From: Nitrososphaerota archaeon
Lineage (GTDB): Archaea; Thermoproteota; Nitrososphaeria; Nitrososphaerales; Gagatemarchaeaceae
NCBI GenBank assembly: GCA_027887045.1
Contig: JAPCJH010000002.1
Location: 134,723 to 198,722, forward strand
Reading direction: 5' to 3'
Length of the DNA stretch: 64,000 nucleotides
The notes under the pieces are model-generated. The model saw only the letters and a program-made list of their open reading frames with translations. It did no database searches and was not told where the DNA came from. Below, one piece after another: positions 9,007 to 18,241 of this stretch. Every line of letters begins with the position of its first letter. Within the stretch, counting starts at the first letter, position 1. Both the position numbers and the translations under genes were made by a program.

Positions 9007-9432
9007 TTGACTACGCCGCCAACAACAAATAAGTCTAACGGACATGTGCATGGTTGGATTCCTGTTGCCGCGTGGGGCACCCAGGATAAGTCGTACAAGA
9101 CCTTCAATTGCGAATGCAGCACAGAGAAGGTTGAGGTCTGGAGTAATGGCAAGCTCAAGAGAACAAACGTCAGTATCGGACATCGTGCTGTTCTTCCAGT
9201 AAGAGATTCACGAGGTCACAAACTGACGTGGGAGAACCTAGTTGTCAGGAAGTTCTACTTGAACAAGCCCGTGTTGCATCGGTATGAGCTCTATGAGGAC
9301 TTTGAGCCTGCACGCCTAGATACCATGATTGACGAGTTCTGGTGCCCGCGTTGTTCAGTTGCTGTTGAAAGAAAAATGAAGGTTCCTCACGAAGACGACC
9401 GAAAGTTTGAGGGTGAGGCGAGACTTCCATGA
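9007..9432 (+). CDS. Zinc-ribbon hypothetical protein, translationally coupled to downstream rep-like gene
   Basis: CECSTEK...CPRCS Cys pairs. Its stop overlaps the ATG of 9429 (ATGA). Confidence 0.4.
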   Translation: MTTPPTTNKSNGHVHGWIPVAAWGTQDKSYKTFNCECSTEKVEVWSNGKLKRTNVSIGHRAVLPVRDSRGHKLTWENLVVRKFYLNKPVLHRYELYEDFEPARLDTMIDEFWCPRCSVAVERKMKVPHEDDRKFEGEARLP

Positions 9433-10877
9433 AGCAAGCGAAGAAAGAGAAGGCCAAAACGCTCAAGATTCCAAAGGTGAAAGTTGTTCCTTCTACAAAA
9501 GTTCACAGTCTGACATTTCCAGACCAGAGAATCTATCTTGAGTCGGTCAAGCTAGACGGGCAACCAGCCTTCCTTCACAAAGACGGTCTAACTGGTAGGC
9601 TCGATTTCATGAAAGAGTTCGTGTATGATGGCATCACATATGCTCCAGCGGAGCCGTTGGGATACCTGCCGTGCGAATTCGATTCAAAGAAAGATGAGGT
9701 CAACAAACCAATCAAACTCGACGTGGTGACAAAGTTGATTTTGAACGAGTGGAAGACCTTTGTTGCCTGCGACGATACTTGGAGAATCCTAAACACGGCC
9801 TACACCGTTCTGACGTACTTGGTTTCCAAATCAATGACGACACCTTACTTGGCATACTTTGGTGACACAGAAACTGGGAAAGGTCAGAGAAAGACTTTAC
9901 ACAGGCAGATGTCATATCGAGCAAATGCTGGCGTTCTAGCAACTGCCGCCAACATATTCATCTACTCAGAGAACGTCAAAGGCACACTCATTCAAGATGA
10001 GTTCGAATCGGTAGAGAGAGATAGGGACCTTCAAGCTCTTTTCAAAGAAGGATACAAGCAGGGCGCTTCAGTGATGAGAATTCGAACCAACAGAGATGGG
10101 GTTCCGATTCAGCATGACTATCAGGTGTTCTCATGCAAGATTGTAGTCAGCAACTACGCGATTCGCAACAAAGCCGTACTAGAACGATTCATTGTCGAAC
10201 TTACGACCAAGGAGAAGCCGAAGAAAGATGAGTTTGACAGGTCCTCAGATCTAAAGAGATTTGCTGAAATTAGAAAGCAATTGATGACTTGGAGACTTCA
10301 GACTATTTGGAACAGTCTGCCTGACTTAGACATATCGTTCACGGGGCGAGCCAAAGAACTCTACAAGCCTCTCTTGCAAGCCGTGCATGGTACCAGTCTG
10401 TACGAGCCACTGTTGGAGTTTCTAACAACGCTAGAGGCCAAAGCGATAGAGGAGGCGAAGAGCAGTTTGACTGCTCTTGTCACGAAGGCCTGCGTGAAAC
10501 TTCGCGAGAAACAGTGTCCGACAGAAGAACTCAGAACAGTGCTGGCAGATTACATGAATGGAACAATTGTCATGAAGTCGGACGTTCCTTATGGCATACG
10601 CAGTAGTGAGTATGGAACGATTACTGACATGCAGATTGTCAATGAGATAAAATTGAACTTGGGAGGGAAGAAGGCGAGGCCATATGTGCATACATCTGAA
10701 GTGCTCCCGACATCAGGAGAAGTCAGGCAAGTTAGAGGATGGGACACTGATGCAACGCGCCTTCTCAACATGGTCAAGAAGTACCACTTGGAAGGAGACG
10801 CTGACATCGGCGAAGAACTGAAAGAACTTGAGTACTCCGTTGCTGTGAACCAAGAGGCTGTCAAAGGGTTCGGTTAG
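9429..10877 (+). CDS. Putative replication initiation protein (primase/helicase-like) of integrated element
   Basis: 482 aa. It has a degenerate P-loop-like YFGDTETGKGQRKT. It is the largest ORF of the element and is immediately followed by an iteron array, so the call rests on context. No confident family match. Confidence 0.4.
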   Translation: MKQAKKEKAKTLKIPKVKVVPSTKVHSLTFPDQRIYLESVKLDGQPAFLHKDGLTGRLDFMKEFVYDGITYAPAEPLGYLPCEFDSKKDEVNKPIKLDVVTKLILNEWKTFVACDDTWRILNTAYTVLTYLVSKSMTTPYLAYFGDTETGKGQRKTLHRQMSYRANAGVLATAANIFIYSENVKGTLIQDEFESVERDRDLQALFKEGYKQGASVMRIRTNRDGVPIQHDYQVFSCKIVVSNYAIRNKAVLERFIVELTTKEKPKKDEFDRSSDLKRFAEIRKQLMTWRLQTIWNSLPDLDISFTGRAKELYKPLLQAVHGTSLYEPLLEFLTTLEAKAIEEAKSSLTALVTKACVKLREKQCPTEELRTVLADYMNGTIVMKSDVPYGIRSSEYGTITDMQIVNEIKLNLGGKKARPYVHTSEVLPTSGEVRQVRGWDTDATRLLNMVKKYHLEGDADIGEELKELEYSVAVNQEAVKGFG

Positions 10878-11090
10878 GACGAGTACGGGTTCGGCTTTAG
10901 ACCGAGTACTGGTTCGTGGTGGAAGTACGACGAGTACGGGTCAAATCTTGGTACTCCCCTACTTTCACCATAAAGATGTGGGGGAATCATCTAGAAATGT
11001 CTTTCACTAATAGTCGTCTAAGGTATACTTCTCGTACTCCTCGTACTTAGGTAAGTACGGGTACAAGTACGGGTTCTAATTACTGTCAGT
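10878..11090. repeat. Iteron-like array of GAGTACGGGT/AAGTACGGGT repeats (direct and inverted)
   Basis: gacGAGTACGGGTtc (10878), accGAGTACtGGTtc, gaAGTACGacGAGTACGGGTca, the inverted ctcGTACTCctcGTACTta, and gtAAGTACGGGTacAAGTACGGGTtc (11050-11082). The array sits directly 3' of the rep-like gene. Confidence 0.5.
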
Positions 11091-11349
11091 CTCCGTTCCG
11101 AGGAAGGAGGGAGCCGAAACCTCTCGGACAACTCCGACTCTCTACTCTATAGAACGCCCCGTGCCTAAGTCACCGCAAGACCGTGAATCTGAGAGAAGAA
11201 ATCCAAAAATGTTCGGCCATGTAGCCTAAGTCATGGAATGGAATTGCGAAGACGAGCTTGGCGAGGATGTCAGCAACCTCTGGCACTACCACCGTGGTAC
11301 GTCTCGTAGAACTGAATTTGCCGCGCCTCTCAATGAACTTGGCGAAGAA

Positions 11350-11937
11350 CTAGCTGATGCGCTGTACGGGTACTGAGTCTGAGGTTTCCACCACGGATTT
11401 AGGCACCAGTTTCCTGATTAGAACCGCACCACCTTCGATGGTGAATGAAAGGGGCTCTTTCCTGGCAAAGGGCAGCTTGTCTCTTAGCTCGTACGGTGTG
11501 TGAATCAACCAAGAGCTGTCAATAATGTATTCTGAGGACCCCTTCTTGATTTCTAGCGTGTGGTCGTTGACGGTGAAGTCCAGCTTGTCACCTGGAGAGA
11601 AGGGCAGACGGTTTTGATACCTGTTGTAAACACGAACGCAGAAGTCGTGGGTGAGGATGGGATGGACGTTTGACACTCCTTTTCTGACGCACCTCATCAA
11701 CTCTGACTTAGCGGCAGAAACAGCTGCTGCTTCGACTGTTCTCATCCCTTTGCACGAATGACAAGGGAGGAGACCTGTGCCTCCAAAGTACACGCTCCCT
11801 GAGTCCTTGCAAGTGCCGCACTTTGCATGTATGTTGCGAAGTGGGTCCTTCCACTTGGGTACGTTGGAACCGTGCCAGAAGGGAGACGGCCGAGGGGCTT
11901 GACGCTCGAGTGCTGGCTTCGTGATTGATGCCCGCAA
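11350..11937 (-). CDS. Hypothetical Cys-rich protein
   Basis: 195 aa. CGTCKDSG...CHSCKG zinc-ribbon-like motifs. Unassigned C-terminal beta-rich region. Confidence 0.4.
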   Translation of the reverse strand: MRASITKPALERQAPRPSPFWHGSNVPKWKDPLRNIHAKCGTCKDSGSVYFGGTGLLPCHSCKGMRTVEAAAVSAAKSELMRCVRKGVSNVHPILTHDFCVRVYNRYQNRLPFSPGDKLDFTVNDHTLEIKKGSSEYIIDSSWLIHTPYELRDKLPFARKEPLSFTIEGGAVLIRKLVPKSVVETSDSVPVQRIS

Positions 11938-12340
11938 ACGCTTCCTTCAAAGTGACTAGGCAACTTAAGCTAGAGGGGCGCATATTGAAGTGGCAAGCCG
12001 AAGAGCGCGTGACGCGTAAGGCTGTCAGAGGAAGGAAGGTGGGTGGAGGCTCTAAGAGTGTCAAGCTGCCCTATTGACAGACCAAAGGCTATTTCGTGGT
12101 GCAAAAACACAAAATCTCACTACCGTATTTTCTTAAGCGACACCCGCCTCCTACTAAGGGTGCCGAGTAAAATCTCTGCGAGGGCTTGGGAGCACTCTCC
12201 ACAAGATAGTCTACGGGTGTATGATACTTCAAATACAAATGTGTAGTTTGTATGGTACCGTAGTTTTGTATTGCGTTTGCAAGCGCCCTACATTTCCCCC
12301 ACAATGTAGGGTATGTAAGGTGGTGAGAACGCTGAGTGAC

Positions 12341-13147
12341 TTAGCTGAACTTCATGTTGCGCAGTTGGGCTCTGGCCTCATCACCCGCTGACTCCTCCAT
12401 GTATCCTTCGATCTCTTTGGTAGAGGCATGGTGAGTGATGGTTCTGATTTGCGACGAGGTGTAGCCAAGCTTGCCTAGATACGTAATGGATGAGAACCTG
12501 AGAGAGTGAGTGTTGGTTCCAAGTTTCTCCCTAGAGAAGTTGATGTACCTAGAGGGTGACAGCTTTCCTCTCTTGAAGGCTTCCTGAAGATATGGCACGT
12601 CAGATTCTGGCAGGTCAGCGGGGATGTCTATGTCCCGCATCTCAACGTCAGCAGGGTCAGGGTCATAGTGCTGGCATGGGCAGTCCTTCACTAGGCAACG
12701 TCCTCGAGCACCAACGCCTACAACCTCGTGTCCTGACTTGACCCCAGTCTTAACGTGGTGACAATGAGCACAAACAGGCCTGTACTTTCTGACACGTACT
12801 TGATTCACGAAGTTCCTCTTGGGCGCGTATCCAACCCAGAGACGTAGACCGTCCAACGCCTCCTGAGCGCGGCAGAGATTCTGAAGCTGAATGAGAAGGG
12901 TCGAGGCCAAAGCCAGCATGGTAGGAGCGAAGGGAGACTTCCAATCGAACTCGTCAGGTGGAGCTTGACACTCCGTTCTGTACTTTGCCATTAGAGCAAC
13001 AATATTCTTTGCGGTCTCAACAAAGTCGAGCTTCTTGCCCCACCTGATTTTGCGGTGTTCTTTGATTCGTCTGAACTCTTTGCGTCTGTGGTCAATCTTT
13101 GGAGGCCTGTGATGAACTGTCAGTGCTGGCGCGGCAAGTTCACTCAT
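12341..13147 (-). CDS. Divergent tyrosine-recombinase-like protein with Cys/His-rich insertion
   Basis: C-terminus NTHSLRFSSITYLGKLGYTSSQIRTITHHASTKEIEGYMEE matches tyrosine recombinase box II (H-x-L-R ... H-x-x-x-x-x-Y). The middle carries CAHCHH...CLVKDCPCQH. Only 268 aa, which is short for an integrase. Confidence 0.5.
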   Translation of the reverse strand: MSELAAPALTVHHRPPKIDHRRKEFRRIKEHRKIRWGKKLDFVETAKNIVALMAKYRTECQAPPDEFDWKSPFAPTMLALASTLLIQLQNLCRAQEALDGLRLWVGYAPKRNFVNQVRVRKYRPVCAHCHHVKTGVKSGHEVVGVGARGRCLVKDCPCQHYDPDPADVEMRDIDIPADLPESDVPYLQEAFKRGKLSPSRYINFSREKLGTNTHSLRFSSITYLGKLGYTSSQIRTITHHASTKEIEGYMEESAGDEARAQLRNMKFS

Positions 13148-13341
13148 CTCGGCACCTTTGGAACGCGAACGATGTATGTGGGGTAGAATCTGTAGGTGTA
13201 GTATCTGTCAAGATTCGACTTCATGAACTCCAAGAGGTCTGACGGAACAAGAGCCTTTTGGATTCTGTGTCGTCTGCCAGTTTTGGTGACCCTCTCTTTC
13301 CACGGCAGGTGAAAGATTGCCTGCGGAGTCTCTTCGGACAA
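13144..13341 (-). CDS. Small hypothetical protein overlapping recombinase-like gene start (possible excision/DNA-binding accessory)
   Basis: 65-aa basic ORF whose stop overlaps the ATG of 12341..13147 by 4 nt. Confidence 0.3.
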   Translation of the reverse strand: MSEETPQAIFHLPWKERVTKTGRRHRIQKALVPSDLLEFMKSNLDRYYTYRFYPTYIVRVPKVPR

Positions 13342-13461
13342 ACTATCTTCGCTTAGTCAGGTTCCAAATATTCGTATGTAACAAAAAGGGTTCGTGGTAC
13401 GGTGCGGCCACGAAGAGCACTTTCCTGTCTGTAGCGGCCTACCTTTTCACTCAAGAACCCT

Positions 13462-13809
13462 CTAACTGTCCCAGTCGAATTGGACGCTTAGCTGTTCTGT
13501 CGTAAGGTCTGAACCTGCCGTACCCTTGGGCGGGTCTTCAATCTCGATTGGAGGCGACGCGAACTTCAGAATCTCAGCTTCTATCTCGTCTGGCTCGCCG
13601 AGGTGAATCAGGACATGCGGCTCGCGTTTGTCGACGTAATCGTCGCACAGAGTGGTCAACCTGACGACAGTCCAGTGCTTCAAACAGACTGGAATCCCTC
13701 CCTGAATCACGCGTTCGTGGTCGCATTCATCACAACGCGCGCCTGCAGCAATCGAGTCGGTGGGCTCTCTGTACCAGCGGTAATTTGGAGGCCTCCTTGG
13801 CTCACTCAC
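13462..13809 (-). CDS. Zinc-ribbon hypothetical protein
   Basis: CDECDH...CLKHW motif. 115 aa. Confidence 0.35.
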   Translation of the reverse strand: MSEPRRPPNYRWYREPTDSIAAGARCDECDHERVIQGGIPVCLKHWTVVRLTTLCDDYVDKREPHVLIHLGEPDEIEAEILKFASPPIEIEDPPKGTAGSDLTTEQLSVQFDWDS

Positions 13810-14142
13810 TCTCTCCCCACTTTATTCAACAAGTCGCCCGACCGTTTCCTAGTAGTCGCAGTTCTTGCATCTTCTCGGAGGAAGGAAGCTGCTTATGGCG
13901 ACGCTGTCACGGGCTGCCTCTAGGTCTACGAGCGAATCATCTTCCCGGCTTTCATCTTTGCTCATACACAACGAAGAGGAATCCCGACATATTAGCCCCA
14001 CCTACAAAGACAGCAGTAGGACAGGGAGAGAGTCAAGTGAATCTATGAACACTTCCTCACATTCACCCGCGACTCCCTCCGTCCCAAAAGGATGCCCAAA
14101 AAGACCGCTCCTCCTTTAGGCGAATTCTAACTAATTTGCCCG

Positions 14143-14510
14143 ATGAAGAAGACCTGCCCCCACTGCGGCCACATGGTCAGCGACGAATGGCACACGCGGT
14201 TCGGAATCGAGAGGCTCGACAGGGGCTGGGTGGAGGCCGGGATTCCGGTGGTCGGCAGAGTGAAGGTACATAGAGAGGCGCTGGCGATGGTGTACGTCTG
14301 CGAGTTGACGAACCTGCCTTTCCTCGTTGTGCTGCCTGGTGCGAAGTAACCCTCGCGGGAACGTCTCTCGAGGTCATCATCCCTAAGAGCTTCGCAGAGG
14401 CTTTAGGCATTCGGGACGGGGATGCTGTCAACTGGGACATAAAGACCTCAAAGGGAGCGAAAGTCTTGGTTCTGTCAAAGATAGCTGAGGAGCTCGGAAC
14501 AGCAATCTAG
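14143..14510 (+). pseudogene. Zinc-ribbon + AbrB-like domain ORF apparently split by a frameshift
   Basis: Frame 1 is MKKTCPHCGHMV...(68 aa, stop at 14349). The adjacent frame continues without ATG as ...TLAGTSLEVIIPKSFAEALGIRDGDAVNWDIKTSKGAKVLVLSKIAEELGTAI*. That is a clear AbrB/MazE-type swapped-hairpin sequence ending at 14510. Confidence 0.3.
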
Positions 14511-14515
14511 TGCCT

Positions 14516-15109
14516 TCAATTTGGTAGCTTGGCTTGACCACAACAGGGTTTGCCAGCGTCTTTGCTTTTCTTGTAAACCTCGTAGATGCCCCATAGTAAC
14601 AAAACTGCACCAATGGCGGCGAGGAGTTCACCCAAAAGGAAACCACGAAGTGTAGCTGCAAATGTTGCTGGAGACGCGCGCTTGAGAACTATGCACAAGT
14701 CAATGACACCTCCGAGTATCAGCGACCCAGCAACAGGTACCAAGAATGTGCCTCGCTCGGATGACAAAAGCTTCTTGTGGGGCCACCCACTTTTCTTGAC
14801 CTCTTCCTCGACCTTTTCGTCGAAGAAGCAGTGCAGCTTTGGAACTGTTTTATCCGCAGGCGAGACCTCATAGCGCAGCGCGGCACTTGATAGCCGCGCC
14901 CAAGCAATTGCCCGAAGCAAAGCGTAGACGGAAACCCCAATGGTGAGGCTCAACAAGGGATAAAGAATCAAAGGGTGTCCTCGAAAAGCAGAGAACTCAG
15001 GAATAGTGGCCGCAGCTAGTGCTAGGGAGGCTGTTGCAAGTTGATTCACGCTTGAACGGTAGGTCTCAAGAAGAGTCTTGCGAGAATCCTCTGTTGACCC
15101 GTTACTCAT
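14516..15109 (-). CDS. Hypothetical integral membrane protein
   Basis: 197 aa with 4-5 hydrophobic helices (ATIPEFSAFRGHPLILYPLLSLTIGVSVYALL...). Confidence 0.4.
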   Translation of the reverse strand: MSNGSTEDSRKTLLETYRSSVNQLATASLALAAATIPEFSAFRGHPLILYPLLSLTIGVSVYALLRAIAWARLSSAALRYEVSPADKTVPKLHCFFDEKVEEEVKKSGWPHKKLLSSERGTFLVPVAGSLILGGVIDLCIVLKRASPATFAATLRGFLLGELLAAIGAVLLLWGIYEVYKKSKDAGKPCCGQAKLPN

Positions 15110-15176
15110 TCAAGATTCTTCAGGGAGACCTTTACTTTAACGCTCTTGGGAAAACAAAAAGTGGAGAGGGCCGCGT

Positions 15177-16451
15177 TCAGGCCCTCTTCTTTGACTTAAG
15201 TGCTACGAGTTTGTCGAACTCGGCCAAGTCCTGTTCCGCTTGCACCTCAGCGCTTTGCTGTGCCAATTTCTCGGCAACGAGTTCATGCGCCAGTTCGTCC
15301 GCGACCTTTTCGGTGGGCTTTCCGAACTTCTCAGTGAAGTAGGCATCCCACTTTGTGATTGTGGCCTGTAGGTTCTTGTTCTCGGCCAGTACAGACTGGG
15401 TGTAGGTAGAGACCCGTGTCAACTCATTTTTCGTCTCACCTAGTTTCGCTGTTGCCGCCTCAAGCTTGGTCGTGTCTTGAAGGACTAGGAGTTGTGGCTC
15501 GCCTTTGTGGTACGCCTCAACATAGTCCTGTTGGGTGTACTGGTTATTGTAGACCCCGCCCATGTAGCCACGGTGCCCCGTCATCACCTCTACCATCTCA
15601 GGTGGGACGCGGAGCTTCATCTTCGAGGTGAAGTATTTTCTGAGAAGGTGAAGGTGGTAGGCTGACCTGCCTGTCCTCTTGTCCTTAACGTACAGACCAG
15701 CCTCGCGGATTACCTGTCCGAAGGCTTTGTTCGCCGAGTCATACGTGAAGGGGAAGACTTGGTCAGCGGTTGGAGGTCTTCTTGGTGTTGTCTGCTGCCG
15801 CTCCTTCCTCACCATGTTCTTGCCGCGCCTGAAGAGCCCGCTTGCGAGGTAGTGGTCTCTTACTTTCAGCCACTCGTTGAGCGCCTCAACAGCTTCAGAG
15901 CTCAGGAAGCTGAAGTACGAGTGGCCCTCCTTTGCGGTCTCTGCCCTTACCGACACCATAGGGGCGAACGGCTCCGAACTGCCTGACTCTGGCACCAGCT
16001 TCACGTCACTCAGCGTGAGTTGTAGGGCCTCGCCGACGCGGATACCTGAACTCTCTAGGAAGAGTATCAGTGCTTTCAGCTTGATGTCCCTTGAGTGCAG
16101 GAGGATTGCGCGGAGCTTTTCCCTAGTCAGTAGGCCGTCTTCGGTTTGAGCCTCGCCCATACCCTTCGGCATCATGCCACGGAGCGCTCGCCTGTCTTTG
16201 GTTCCTAGTTCGACGTCGCAGCAGTAGAGTAGGAACTCCTTAGCGGCAGTGAGATAGGCGTGTAGGGTCCACGGAGGCTTGGTGCCCCAGCTCTGGACGA
16301 ATTTGGCTAGGTCATCGAAGCCGTCACGCTTGCCAGCTTTGAAGTCGGCAATGTACCGAGCAGCCAGTTGTTCAAGTTGGGTGAGACCAGTCTTGCCACG
16401 CCCCAAGGTGATTCCGAAGACGCAGGCCAGGAACGCCTTCACACCGCACAT
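15177..16451 (-). CDS. Tyrosine-type site-specific integrase/recombinase (phage integrase family)
   Basis: Box I ...LESSGIRVGEALQLTLSDV. HxLR motif SAYHLHLLRKYFTS. Catalytic Tyr region MTGHRGYMGGVYNNQYTQQDY. The true start may be internal to the 424-aa ORF. Confidence 0.8.
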   Translation of the reverse strand: MCGVKAFLACVFGITLGRGKTGLTQLEQLAARYIADFKAGKRDGFDDLAKFVQSWGTKPPWTLHAYLTAAKEFLLYCCDVELGTKDRRALRGMMPKGMGEAQTEDGLLTREKLRAILLHSRDIKLKALILFLESSGIRVGEALQLTLSDVKLVPESGSSEPFAPMVSVRAETAKEGHSYFSFLSSEAVEALNEWLKVRDHYLASGLFRRGKNMVRKERQQTTPRRPPTADQVFPFTYDSANKAFGQVIREAGLYVKDKRTGRSAYHLHLLRKYFTSKMKLRVPPEMVEVMTGHRGYMGGVYNNQYTQQDYVEAYHKGEPQLLVLQDTTKLEAATAKLGETKNELTRVSTYTQSVLAENKNLQATITKWDAYFTEKFGKPTEKVADELAHELVAEKLAQQSAEVQAEQDLAEFDKLVALKSKKRA

Positions 16452-16841
16452 GTACGTATCCTGAGTGCTCGGTCTGGTCTTGTAGAGAGCGCGCCACTTA
16501 GCGAAGTCGTAGACGCGCTTGTCTCCCGTTATTCTCCCACCACCCTCACGTCAAGCGAGGCACTTAGGTCTTGCCGCTGTTGCTGGCGCGCCTGTTTGCT
16601 CTTTCCTGCCTCATCAGCGAACTTGATGACCCCGCCAGAACATGTCAGCCAAGGGATTCGTTCTTCTCGCACTGCATCCCACGGTGTTACTAAATTGCCG
16701 CAGGACCAGCGCATTTTTCTCGCAGTCGTCATACTTTCCGATTCTTGCATGATTCTGTAGGGAATTTGCAACATTTAATGAATTCTAAGCCAAATTAGCG
16801 GGCTTACCAAAGATTAAATCGGAAATCCCTGAGGGGAGAAC

Positions 16842-17648
16842 GTGAAGCCCAAGGCGGAGTTCGGCGTCTTCGGCGGATCGGGCTTTTACAGTTTCTTCAA
16901 GAAGGGAGAGGAGATATATCCGGAGACCCCTTACGGATTTCCGAGCGGCAAAATCAGAATCGCAAGAGTCCGGGGAAGGAGGGTCGCTTTTCTGCCCCGC
17001 CACGGAGCGCACCACGAATTCCCTCCCCACATGGTTCCCTATCGGGCGAACCTGACCGCATTCGCGGGGCTCGGGGTCACGAGGGTCCTCGGTCCCAACG
17101 CCGTCGGGAGCCTGAAGGCCGAAGTCAAGCCGGGGGACATGGTTCTGTGCGACCAGTTCGTGAACTTCACGACGGGACGCCGGGACACATTCTTCGACGG
17201 CCCTGAAACGACGCACGTCAGCGTCGCCGACCCTTACTGTCCTGAGCTGCGGAGGATCGCAATCGGCGCCGCATCGAATTTGGGGATCAGCGTCCATCCC
17301 ACGGGGACGGTTGTCGTGATTCAGGGGCCAAGATTTTCCACCCGTTCCGAGAGCAAATTCTTTCGAGGACAGGGATGGGACGTGATCAACATGACGCAGT
17401 ACCCCGAGGTCGCACTGGCTCGAGAACTGGAGATGTGCTATCTGAACATCTCACTGGTGACGGATTACGACGTCGGACTCGAGGGGGACCCGGGGACGAA
17501 GCCGGTTTCACACGAAGAGGTGGTCAAGGTCTTCAACAAGAACATCGCAAGCCTCAGGTCTCTCTTGGCTGAAATTATCAAAGCTGTCCCTTTGAGGAGG
17601 GGATGCGATTGCGGGAAAGCACTCGAACACGCAAGGCTGAGCGCGTAG
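16842..17648 (+). CDS. mtnP: 5'-methylthioadenosine phosphorylase
   Basis: FGVFGGSGFYSF...GRRVAFLPRHGAHHEFPPHMVPYRANL...ITMTQYPEVALARELEMCY matches the MTAP/PNP family-2 signature. 268 aa. Confidence 0.85.
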   Translation: MKPKAEFGVFGGSGFYSFFKKGEEIYPETPYGFPSGKIRIARVRGRRVAFLPRHGAHHEFPPHMVPYRANLTAFAGLGVTRVLGPNAVGSLKAEVKPGDMVLCDQFVNFTTGRRDTFFDGPETTHVSVADPYCPELRRIAIGAASNLGISVHPTGTVVVIQGPRFSTRSESKFFRGQGWDVINMTQYPEVALARELEMCYLNISLVTDYDVGLEGDPGTKPVSHEEVVKVFNKNIASLRSLLAEIIKAVPLRRGCDCGKALEHARLSA

Positions 17649-17649
17649 A

Positions 17650-18183
17650 ATGAACTTCGCGGACGAACTGAAGGCCGCGATCAGGAACGTTCCAGACTAT
17701 CCGAAGAAGGGAATCGTCTTCAGGGACCTGACGACGCTCTGGAAGGACGGGCCACTATTCAAGAGAACGACCGATGCCCTATTCGAACACTACAAGCGAA
17801 AAAAGGTCGAGAAGGTCGTTGGGATCGAGGCGAGAGGGTTCATAGTCGGAGCTCCTCTTTCAGAGCGCCTGGGCGTTGGATTTGTTCCGGCGCGTAAGTC
17901 GGGGAAGTTGCCGTCGAGGAAACTAGAAGCGAACTACGAGCTCGAGTACGGAAAGCAGGGGCTTGAGATTCACGAGGATGCAATTTCGAGGGGAGAAAGA
18001 GTGCTCATCGTGGATGACCTTTTAGCGACCGGGGGGACGTCGCTCGCGGCGACCAGGCTAGTGGAGCAACTTGGGGGCTCTGTCATCGGATTCGCTTTTG
18101 TCGTCGAACTGGCTTTCCTCCGAGGGAGGGAAAAGCTCTCAAAGTATGAGGTATACTCCCTCGTCAGATATGACACAGAATAG
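17650..18183 (+). CDS. apt: Adenine phosphoribosyltransferase
   Basis: KVVGIEARGFIVGAPLSERLGVGFVPARKSGKLP...VLIVDDLLATGGTSLAA is the PRPP-binding motif. Confidence 0.85.
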   Translation: MNFADELKAAIRNVPDYPKKGIVFRDLTTLWKDGPLFKRTTDALFEHYKRKKVEKVVGIEARGFIVGAPLSERLGVGFVPARKSGKLPSRKLEANYELEYGKQGLEIHEDAISRGERVLIVDDLLATGGTSLAATRLVEQLGGSVIGFAFVVELAFLRGREKLSKYEVYSLVRYDTE

Positions 18184-18241
18184 CACCCTGTCCATACGCC
18201 CGCTCTGGCCTGCAGCCGTGGATCTTTCCTAGTGTAGGACC

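Larger units (their letters stand above)
6150..16500. mobile_element. Putative integrated mobile genetic element (plasmid/provirus-like); boundaries approximate
   Basis: Contiguous run of small hypothetical and zinc-ribbon ORFs, a rep-like gene with iterons, one intact tyrosine integrase and one divergent recombinase. It is AT-richer than the flanking housekeeping DNA. No att duplications could be verified by eye. Confidence 0.45.

Noticed and set aside
12341-13147. Interpretation of the 268-aa recombinase-like gene as the int(C) half of an SSV-type split integrase marking a provirus border
   Set aside because: No matching int(N) fragment or tRNA-derived att overlap was found nearby. The ORF has its own start and an upstream coupled small gene, so it is treated as a divergent intact recombinase.
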